A stretch of 42,923 bases of DNA from NCBI GenBank assembly GCA_964452885.1, contig CAYVNK010000001.1, positions 1-42,923 of the forward strand. The letters are read 5' to 3'. The notes under the pieces were generated by a model. It searched no databases, had not been told where the DNA came from, and was given only the letters and a program-made list of their open reading frames with translations. This document shows positions 18,001 through 23,633 of the stretch, piece by piece. How positions within the stretch are numbered: position 1 is the stretch's first letter; each line of letters begins with the position of its first letter. The position numbers and the translations under genes are program-made. This DNA comes from an uncultured Gammaproteobacteria bacterium (lineage in GTDB: Bacteria; Patescibacteriota; Microgenomatia; UM-FILTER-40-11).

Positions 18001-19097
18001 CGAATGAGCGGCGGGAGCAGATTCCTATTCCTGAAGAATTGATTAAAGAAGTTTTGCCGCAAGGAGACTTTCATTTGGAAGAAGAAAGACGGCTTTTTTA
18101 TGTGGGCATGACCAGAGCCAGAGACAGACTTTTTTTGACAGGAGCAAATTTTTACGGTGAGGGAAAAAGGGAAAAGAAAGTTTCGGTTTTTGTGAAAGAA
18201 GCGTTAGGCAATATCAAAAATCAAATATCAAATATCAAAAATAAGGAGAACCAATTGTCAATTTTTGATTTTAAACCAACAACTGAAGTTAAACTTCCAA
18301 CTTCCAGTTTCCAACTTCCAACTTCGGTTCCTATCTCCTATTTGTCCTATTCCCAAATTGAGACCTTTAATACCTGTCCTTTGCAATACAAATACCGTTA
18401 TCTTTTAAGAATTCCCACTCCGCCGTCGGCGGCCGCTTCTTTCGGTGAGACAATTCATGAAACAATGAAAGATTTTTATCAAAGAGCAATTGCGGGGCAA
18501 AAGCCCACCAAAGAAGATTTAGTGAAAATTCTTTCCGAAAATTGGAGCCCCTCGGGTTACCCGTCAAAAGCCCATGAAGAAAAATATAAAAAAGAAGGGG
18601 AGAAAATTTTGAGTGAATTTTTTGAAAAATCTTTTAATCCCAAAAATGTACCTTTGACCTTAGAGCAGGTTTTCAGCGTTAAAATCAGTCCGACTTTAAA
18701 AGTTGGCGGTAGGATTGACCGGATTGATCGCGTCAAACGCGATTCGGGTAGAGAAGAAATAGAAATTATTGATTACAAGACCGGCAAATCACCGACCAAA
18801 AAAGATGTCGAAGAAGATTTACAACTAACACTTTATGCTTTGGCGGCCACCGACGGCACTTTAACTTATATGGGCATTTTTAAAAAGACGCCCCAGCCGG
18901 AAGAAGTAAAAATTTCTTTTTATTTTTTTGATAATCAGGAAAAAATTTCCAGCTTTAGGAAAAAAGAAGATTTTCCAAAAATAAAAGAAGAGCTGATTAA
19001 AAAAGCGGAGGAGATAAGCCGGTCGACTTTTTCGCCGACTCCGGGCAAGCTTTGTGATTTTTGTGAGTTTAAATTAATCTGTGAAGCCTGGAGCTAA
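15042..19097 (+). CDS. UvrD/PcrA-type SF1 helicase fused to a C-terminal PD-(D/E)XK (Cas4/AddB-type, 4-Cys) nuclease; intein-containing precursor
   Basis: GAGTGKT (Walker A), VLVDEFQDTN (motif II), VGDDNQ|intein|SIYKFRGA (motif III), NYRST, and TVHSAKGLEFPVVFL...YVGMTRAR. The nuclease part has C-PLQYKYRY, GRIDRIDR, EIIDYKTGK, QLTLYALA and the terminal CDFCEFKLIC. The precursor is 1351 aa, which gives 989 aa after removal of the 362-aa intein. Confidence 0.9.
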   Translation: MSNSSDKILNSEQVEAIEHGEGPLLIIAGAGTGKTTVVTERIKYLITKREISPSEILALTFTEKASLEMQERVDVALPLGYANMWISTFHTFGDRILRNEVVNVGLDPQYHLMTQAESIQFLRKNLFEFDLNYFRPLGNPNKFVEGMLKHFSRLKDEDVSPNEYFHWVQGQRSKIKNQNDEIETEAEDEVKKYEELAKAFKVYEELKVKEGLMDFEDLIGHVLTVFRKRPSILKTYQKKFKYVLVDEFQDTNFSQYEMIKLLSSPPKSNLTVVGDDNQCLPGETEISLLGGKKRIDQIKVGDVILTAVGKGHTSGSKVSRVFKNKKKARLLTFTLETGEKITVTDNHKVFCFIPSKENKKDFHFVYLMKHQDYGWRLGVTNDLASRLRLEAHADGILSIGSYKTDQEARYYEALFSARYGLPTVPFSSHPKQAITGDYLKKPFVELKTKERVKKLAIDLGIEINSFGVTRNGVVRGSSDRVIVNFQMCYRNYRSKTHKEGFVGNPAISHLVYIETSSQKTISILENAGHKLAKAKKGKRFRYTTANIAEAWQMADNLVILTGGILNKKFSLGTKNYQHKPATIVPAGNVWPGNYFPVLEGKRIVYKKIIGRTEEVKELVVYDLEIEKTHNFIANGIPVHNSIYKFRGAAISNILQFKKDYPEAKCVVLNQNYRSTQTILDASYKLIKNNDPDTLEASLGISKKLEKVREVEETPVGFLWSDRVENEAEAVAKKIFDLKNENDALSWKDFAVLVRANNHVDPFIKAFVRRGAPYQFLGPGILFRQPEVKDLIAYLSVLSNFEDSVAMYRLLAMDFWGISGRDLALIINYGRKNNLSIFEAGEKVLKDESVVIADKTKETLKKLMEMIYRHLNLVKKETAGQILYFFLEDSGLLKQLTNYKTAADERKVQNIAKFFDKLKTYEVEHEDASVYAVVDFVNLSLELGESPLASDLDWFGNDAVNILTVHSAKGLEFPVVFLVNLVDQRFPTNERREQIPIPEELIKEVLPQGDFHLEEERRLFYVGMTRARDRLFLTGANFYGEGKREKKVSVFVKEALGNIKNQISNIKNKENQLSIFDFKPTTEVKLPTSSFQLPTSVPISYLSYSQIETFNTCPLQYKYRYLLRIPTPPSAAASFGETIHETMKDFYQRAIAGQKPTKEDLVKILSENWSPSGYPSKAHEEKYKKEGEKILSEFFEKSFNPKNVPLTLEQVFSVKISPTLKVGGRIDRIDRVKRDSGREEIEIIDYKTGKSPTKKDVEEDLQLTLYALAATDGTLTYMGIFKKTPQPEEVKISFYFFDNQEKISSFRKKEDFPKIKEELIKKAEEISRSTFSPTPGKLCDFCEFKLICEAWS
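15550..15577. repeat. Heptanucleotide tandem array (ATCAAAA-type x4)
   Basis: gtcaaag atcaaaa atcaaaa atcaaaa, in frame in the helicase (RSKIKNQN). Confidence 0.9.
15876..16961 (+). mobile_element. Intein (362 aa) inserted in helicase motif III, with an endonuclease-size insert
   Basis: Block A is CLPGETEISLLGG, directly after VGDDNQ. Block B is ITVTDNH (TxxH). Blocks F/G are ELVVYDLEIEKTHNFIANGIPVHN, followed by the +1 Ser of SIYKFRGA. The extein junction restores the canonical DDxQSIYxFRGA motif. Confidence 0.9.
18213..18240. repeat. Heptanucleotide tandem array (ATCAAAW x4)
   Basis: atcaaaa atcaaat atcaaat atcaaaa. It encodes NIKNQISNIKN in the helicase-nuclease linker. Confidence 0.9.
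18294..18328. repeat. Heptanucleotide tandem array (CTTCCAA x5)
   Basis: cttccaa cttccag tttccaa cttccaa cttcggt. It encodes LPTSSFQLPTS in the same linker. Confidence 0.9.
19050..19097 (+). repeat. R1: functional 3' terminus of the helicase-nuclease (LCDFCEFKLICEAWS*)
   Basis: ctt tgt gat ttt tgt gag ttt aaa tta atc tgt gaa gcc tgg agc taa. This is the first of four copies. Confidence 0.9.
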
Positions 19098-19626
19098 ATG
19101 ATTATTGCGGTCGGTTCTAAAAATCCAACTAAGGTCAATGTGGTTAAAAAAGTTTTTACTAAAGGTTTTGGAAATTGTACTGTTATAGGTGTCAAGGTGC
19201 CTTCAGGTGTATCAGATATGCCAATGTGTTTTGATGAGTCATTCAAGGGAGCAAAAAACAGAGCTAAAAACGCTATTAAAAAAAATAAAAAAGGCTGATT
19301 TTGCCGTTGGTTTGGAAGGTGGGTTTGAGGAAACAAAAGAAGGAACTTTTTTGTGCGGTTATGCGGCAGTTATAGATAAAAAAGAAAATTTTGGAATTGG
19401 CGGGAGTTCGAGAGTTTTGGTTCCTGAAAGAATAGTGGCAGAAGTTAAAAAAGGAAAAGAACTAGGTGAGGTAATGGATAAGCTTAGGGGACAAAAAAAT
19501 ACAAAACAACATGATGGAGCAGTTGGCTATTTTACCAGAAATTTGATTCCTAGAACTAAATGGTTTGAAACAACACTTATTTGTGCCCTATCCCATTTTA
19601 TGAAAAAAGAGTTGTACAAAGAATGA
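19098..19626 (+). pseudogene. YjjX/DUF84-like non-canonical purine NTP phosphatase, frameshifted in an A-rich run
   Basis: 19098..19298 reads MIIAVGSKNPTKV...PSGVSDMP...GAKNRAKNAIKK and then stops. The +1 frame (track ORF 19189..19626) continues KKADFAVGLEGG...DGAVGYFT, completing the family pattern. The shift lies within attaaaaaaaataaaaaaggctga (~19275-19298). The ATG abuts the helicase stop (taaATG). Confidence 0.7.
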
Positions 19627-19634
19627 GTTTTTAA

Positions 19635-19676
19635 CTTTGTGAGTTTTGTGAATTTAAGTTACTCTGTGAGGCATAG
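19635..19676 (+). repeat. R2: diverged ghost of the helicase 3' terminus (LCEFCEFKLLCEA*)
   Basis: ctt tgt gag ttt tgt gaa ttt aag tta ctc tgt gag gca tag. There are 7 differences from R1 over the 39 nt from the first Cys codon, 4 of them synonymous, and Trp has become TAG. Confidence 0.85.
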
Positions 19677-19698
19677 ATTTAAAATGTAATGTGACCTA

Positions 19699-19726
19699 TT
19701 GACTTTAATTATAGGTATGTTATAAC
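19699..19726 (+). promoter_or_regulatory. Putative sigma70-type promoter of the orphan two-gene cassette
   Basis: TTGACT (19699-19704), a 16-nt spacer, then TATAAC (19721-19726). The ATG lies 34 nt downstream at 19761. Confidence 0.4.
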
Positions 19727-19760
19727 TTGCATTAATAAGAAGATAATTTTTTAAATAAAA

Positions 19761-20081
19761 ATGGTTGAGAGAACTCTTTCTAAAACTACAGAAACTTCAG
19801 GAGAGATTGGTATTAATAGCAGATTGATAAGGATATCTTTCCAAGATTCACGGCCTGTAGAATATTGTCAATATAGTCCTTCGCAAACTGAAATTCTACT
19901 TGAACAAATTACCACATCGTTCGGAACAGAATTGGGAGAAGCTTATTTGAATCCAGACAATGGCACGAAATTGGTTAGACTTTCCAGGCCGGTTGTTTTA
20001 CAAATAGAAGCACAAGAGAAAGAAGTTTACTTGCGAGGCAATACACAAGATTTTCTCCGTTTTGTCGGGATCAAGGAGTAA
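19761..20081 (+). CDS. Hypothetical protein (106 aa), cassette B gene 1
   Basis: Clean ORF behind its own promoter-like element. No recognisable motif. Confidence 0.45.
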   Translation: MVERTLSKTTETSGEIGINSRLIRISFQDSRPVEYCQYSPSQTEILLEQITTSFGTELGEAYLNPDNGTKLVRLSRPVVLQIEAQEKEVYLRGNTQDFLRFVGIKE

Positions 20082-20143
20082 TTGAAAAAATTTTTGAAGA
20101 AAACAATTCTCGAGTAAGAGGTAAAAACCCCGAGCGGACTTTA

Positions 20144-20650
20144 ATGAAGATAGCAGAAAGAATCAAATCAGAAAATGGAGGCGTCTGGTCCACAGTCAAG
20201 GAAGTGACCGACCCACGTTTTATTCCAGATATTCCACTCGCACGATGGCGAAAAGAGTTTTACTTTGCTGTGTATAAGTTGGACGGAAATGAAAGTGTAC
20301 CGGAAGATGTTCTTCCGTTTACAATTCACGAAGAAACAGAATTTGAGGGAAAATTACCAGATGTTCACATTACTTTTAAGAGAGAACCGTTGTTTATGAG
20401 TGGTATTGGATTTGGATTAGTAAGGACAGATTTACAACGACCCGACAGCTTTTGGTTTAGTTTTTCTAGAACTAGCTACGAACACGCAGTAGCTACTTCA
20501 TCCGCTCGCGGTTTGCACCCCTCAAGTATATTAAAGGAAAATCCGAAATTGGGGATAAGGGGCGATGTCTCTCCAACCGAACCAAGAGAAAGGGTAATGG
20601 CTTTCATTCAGGCGTATTTAAGAAAAATGTGTGTAGGTACAACCCTTTAG
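20144..20650 (+). CDS. Hypothetical protein (168 aa), cassette B gene 2
   Basis: Clean ORF 62 nt downstream of gene 1 on the same strand. It looks less AT-rich by eye than its surroundings. No recognisable motif. Confidence 0.45.
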   Translation: MKIAERIKSENGGVWSTVKEVTDPRFIPDIPLARWRKEFYFAVYKLDGNESVPEDVLPFTIHEETEFEGKLPDVHITFKREPLFMSGIGFGLVRTDLQRPDSFWFSFSRTSYEHAVATSSARGLHPSSILKENPKLGIRGDVSPTEPRERVMAFIQAYLRKMCVGTTL

Positions 20651-20687
20651 GGTTTGTTAAACCACTTGAAACTTATTACATAAACAG

Positions 20688-20732
20688 TGCGATTTTTGTA
20701 AATTTAAATTACTCGGGGAAGCGTGGATCTAA
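20688..20732 (+). repeat. R3: diverged ghost of the helicase 3' terminus (CDFCKFKLLGEAWI*)
   Basis: tgc gat ttt tgt aaa ttt aaa tta ctc ggg gaa gcg tgg atc taa. There are 8 differences from R1 over 45 nt and the third Cys is lost. It shares the tta-ctc codons with R2. Confidence 0.8.
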
Positions 20733-20739
20733 CCAGTTA

Positions 20740-20768
20740 TTGACAAAATTCTGAATTTCTGATATTCT
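20740..20768 (+). promoter_or_regulatory. Putative promoter of vapBC (leaderless geometry)
   Basis: TTGACA (20740-20745), a 17-nt spacer, then TATTCT (20763-20768), then gaaaat, then ATG at 20775. Confidence 0.5.
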
Positions 20769-20774
20769 GAAAAT

Positions 20775-21050
20775 ATGAACGGAGATTATATTTCAACTAC
20801 TGTAATTCGTCAAAGAGGACAATTAACACTTCCTAAAAAACTAAGAACTGAAAATAGTTGGCTTGCTGAAGGGATGGTGGTTGCTGTTTTGTCTTCTGTA
20901 CAAAAAGAAGTGAAGATTATTCCTTATAAAGAATCTTCCAAAAAGACCGACTGGAAAGACATTTGGGAGAAAATAAAACTTTCTAGAACTTTTTTGGGTC
21001 AAAGAGGAAATTTATCTCAATTTGTTGTTGAAGACCGATCTGCACATTAA
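20775..21050 (+). CDS. vapB: AbrB/SpoVT-MazE-type antitoxin (VapB-like)
   Basis: IRQRGQLTLPKKLR... looped-hinge-helix motif, 91 aa, immediately upstream of a PIN gene. Confidence 0.75.
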   Translation: MNGDYISTTVIRQRGQLTLPKKLRTENSWLAEGMVVAVLSSVQKEVKIIPYKESSKKTDWKDIWEKIKLSRTFLGQRGNLSQFVVEDRSAH

Positions 21051-21057
21051 TATATGT

Positions 21058-21486
21058 ATGGCAAAAATTAAAAAATTGATTATAGATTCTTCGGTTGGAG
21101 TTAAATGGCTTAACGGCCAAGATGAAAAATATTTGGATCAGGCGGATAAAATTCTCCAAGATTGTGAGAAAATGAAGGTTGCTTTATATGCTCCGGAATT
21201 GGCCAAGTATGAAATTGGCAATGCTATTCGTTATAAGGGATTGGATGAATCTTTTGCTAAAATTTGTTTATCTACCTTGTATTCCTTGCCGATTACTTTT
21301 GTTTCTCTAGAAGAAAAAGATGCCCTTGAAACTTTGGTAATTGCCCAAAAAGAAAACATAACTTATTATGATGCTGTTTTTGTAAATTTGGCCGAGAAAA
21401 TCGGAGGCATCCTAGTAACTGATAATCCTAAACATCAAAGTAAAATAAAAGGGATAAAAGTTGTTAGCTTGAAAAATTATCAATAG
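21058..21486 (+). CDS. vapC: PIN-domain toxin (VapC-like)
   Basis: The ATG at 21058 gives MAKIKKLIIDSSVGVKWL (first acidic residue). Later come PELAKYEIGNA, YYDAVFVNLAE and VTDN. The track ORF start at 21022 overlaps vapB and is less likely. Confidence 0.75.
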   Translation: MAKIKKLIIDSSVGVKWLNGQDEKYLDQADKILQDCEKMKVALYAPELAKYEIGNAIRYKGLDESFAKICLSTLYSLPITFVSLEEKDALETLVIAQKENITYYDAVFVNLAEKIGGILVTDNPKHQSKIKGIKVVSLKNYQ

Positions 21487-21494
21487 CCAGGTAC

Positions 21495-21539
21495 TGCGAC
21501 TTTTGTGAGTTTAAATTAATTTGTGAAGCCTGGAGCTAA
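21495..21539 (+). repeat. R4: near-identical ghost of the helicase 3' terminus (CDFCEFKLICEAWS*)
   Basis: tgc gac ttt tgt gag ttt aaa tta att tgt gaa gcc tgg agc taa. It has 3 of 45 differences from R1, all synonymous third positions. Its TAA (21537-21539) overlaps the stop (21536-21538, minus strand) of the convergent FemAB gene. Confidence 0.9.
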
Positions 21540-22375
21540 AGGATATTTAGAGGAGATTTAAAGGATGATAGAGGTAAGGGAAATTCGATTTCTTTTCCTC
21601 TAAATCCCTCCTTAAAGTGAGTAAAACCAAGCCAGGAACGGTTTTTCGGAAAACGCTCGTCATAAATGCCTTCAAAATCAAAGTTTTCGCACCCTTTCTT
21701 TTTGGCCAACTTAATTGCTTCCCAAACAATCAAAGTTGGAGCGAGTAATTTTTTCCCTTTCTCAGTCGTCGCCGCTTGCCAGTAGTAAGCGGTTTTATCG
21801 CAAAACAGTAACAAGACGCCGGCCACAATTTTTTTCTCATATTCTGCCACTAAAATAATGGCTTTTTCTTTAAATGCGTCACAAGTTAGTTTAATTTCTT
21901 TTCTGGTACTAAAGGGCAAAATAAACTTTTTTAACAAATACTCTTTTTTAAGCTGATAAAAATCCTCGTAAGAACCCTCTTTAATTAAAAGATTATTTTT
22001 TTCGGCGATTCTGATATCCCGCCTTTTGTTTTTGGAAAACGAATCGAAAATTTCCTGTTCTGAACATTTAATGTCTTTGATGAGCGTTTTGGTGGGAATA
22101 AAGGGAGATTTAAGAGGACGGTAATCAGAGGGATAGCTGTTAACTGTTAGCTTATAATCGCTTGTAGGTTCAATAATGACCCGAAAGGCGTGATATTTCT
22201 TGGCAAGTTTTTCAATTTCGGAAAATGGAATTGGGAATTGGATTCTTTGAATTTTGATTAAAGTACCCAGTAAGGGAATTTTTCTGATAAAAACTTGTTC
22301 CCCGCCAAGTTTTTCTATTTGCCAGCCAAGACTTTTTAAATACTCCCCATATTCTAAAGATTGTCTTAAATCCAT
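21536..22375 (-). CDS. FemAB-family peptidoglycan interpeptide-bridge aminoacyltransferase
   Basis: AYYWQAATTEKGKKLLAPTLIVWEAIKLAKKKGCENFDFEGI...GFTHFKEGF is typical of the FemAB / lipid II peptidyltransferase family. Confidence 0.75.
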   Translation of the reverse strand: MDLRQSLEYGEYLKSLGWQIEKLGGEQVFIRKIPLLGTLIKIQRIQFPIPFSEIEKLAKKYHAFRVIIEPTSDYKLTVNSYPSDYRPLKSPFIPTKTLIKDIKCSEQEIFDSFSKNKRRDIRIAEKNNLLIKEGSYEDFYQLKKEYLLKKFILPFSTRKEIKLTCDAFKEKAIILVAEYEKKIVAGVLLLFCDKTAYYWQAATTEKGKKLLAPTLIVWEAIKLAKKKGCENFDFEGIYDERFPKNRSWLGFTHFKEGFRGKEIEFPLPLSSFKSPLNIL

Positions 22376-22379
22376 ATTT

Positions 22380-23384
22380 TTAAAACTTACTTTTTAAGTG
22401 AAGAAATTTCCAGCGGAGAGAATCACTGATTTTATAGAGTTGATAAAGGCCAGGATTAATCACTAAATCGTAAGTACCCAAAAATTCTGTCAATTTTGGC
22501 GAAAAGCCTTCTTTAAATTTATGAAAGCCAAAGTAGGGATTATCTGGCGAGGGATTGGGTCCAATATCGCCCCATAAATCAAAGCTAGTACAACCCATCT
22601 TCTTGCCGAAGCGGATTGCCTCCCACATCAGTAAAGTAGGTGCCATCAGTTCGCGGTTTTCGCGGGTTGAGGCGCCGTAAGGATAGTAAAGCGTTTTGTT
22701 AAAAACAAAAAGCAAGAAAGCAGAAAGAGTTTTACCTTCGTGCGCGGCCGTTAATAAATGAGAAATGCCGGCATCTTTTAAAATTTCCCATTGTTTCTGG
22801 TGATATTTTTCATTATGGGCGTAAAAGCCCTGACGTTTGGTTGTCTCAAATAGTAGTTTCAGGTATTCGACAAAGGCCTTCTCGGAATTATCTTCCCGAA
22901 CCGAAACGCCGTGTTTTTCTGCCAAATGAATGTTATAACGTGTTTTTGGTTTGAAACTTTTTAAAAGTTCTTCCTCGATTTTTGTAAGATCAATGACTGA
23001 GGTATATTTTGTAAATAGGGGCTTACCTTTTATTAGCCCTAATGTTTCGGATTTCGAATTTCGGATTTCGGATTTTTCTGTATTTGGTTCGATTTTAATA
23101 AAAATGGCTTTTTTTTCTTGACCGATTTCCTTTAACTTGTTGATTACTTCTTTACTGGGCAGGGAACTTTTAGGTAAATAGCCAATAGAAAAAGGTAAAT
23201 GGGGAATTTGGTGAAAAGTAATTTGAAAAACTTGCATTAGTTTTGCTTTTTGGAAAATTCCCAGTCTAACCACGGCTACTCCCTGGTCTTTTCTGAATTC
23301 TCCCCACTGCCAAGATTGCAAAGGGTGAGTTGCCAGTTCGTTATAGTTTTCGGGCTGCTCTTTTAGTATTTTAATTTCTTCCAT
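22380..23384 (-). CDS. FemAB-family peptidoglycan interpeptide-bridge aminoacyltransferase (paralogue)
   Basis: HPLQSWQWGEF..., LYYPYGASTRENRELMAPTLLMWEAIRFGKKMGCTSFDLWG...GFHKFKEGF. Confidence 0.8.
   Translation of the reverse strand: MEEIKILKEQPENYNELATHPLQSWQWGEFRKDQGVAVVRLGIFQKAKLMQVFQITFHQIPHLPFSIGYLPKSSLPSKEVINKLKEIGQEKKAIFIKIEPNTEKSEIRNSKSETLGLIKGKPLFTKYTSVIDLTKIEEELLKSFKPKTRYNIHLAEKHGVSVREDNSEKAFVEYLKLLFETTKRQGFYAHNEKYHQKQWEILKDAGISHLLTAAHEGKTLSAFLLFVFNKTLYYPYGASTRENRELMAPTLLMWEAIRFGKKMGCTSFDLWGDIGPNPSPDNPYFGFHKFKEGFSPKLTEFLGTYDLVINPGLYQLYKISDSLRWKFLHLKSKF
23045..23072. repeat. Heptanucleotide tandem array (TTTCGGA x4)
   Basis: tttcgga tttcgaa tttcgga tttcgga. It encodes SEIRNSKSE on the minus strand inside the FemAB paralogue. 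Confidence 0.9.
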
Positions 23385-23633
23385 TTTGTATGTTATACCC
23401 AGTTGGGTTCAAACTATATTAAAATCCTTGCAAATTCCCATTAATTTAGTTTATTATAACTTTAGATGGCCAGGAAAGCGAAGCGTCATTCGGCAAAAGC
23501 GCCGAAATGGCCGATTGTTAATTTTACTAAGTTCAAGTTTAAGCCGGAGTTTTCTCCTTTCTGCCGGTTGCTTCTTTTTTGGGAATTTGTTCTTTGCGGC
23601 CTTTGTGTTTTCGGAGCGGCAGTTTTGCTTTTA

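Noticed and set aside
19189-19300. Treating 19098..19298 and 19189..19626 as two overlapping independent genes.
   Set aside because: Together they reconstitute one YjjX/DUF84-like protein with the junction in an A-rich tract. The N-terminal residues of the second track ORF (MSRCLQVYQICQC...) are out-of-frame translation of the first part.
23466-23512. An SRP/4.5S-like RNA in the FemAB-pcrA spacer (CCAGGAAAGCGAAGCG resembles the SRP domain IV neighbourhood).
   Set aside because: The conserved GGAA tetraloop with the symmetric and asymmetric loop arrangement could not be reconstructed by eye, so the resemblance is too weak to call.
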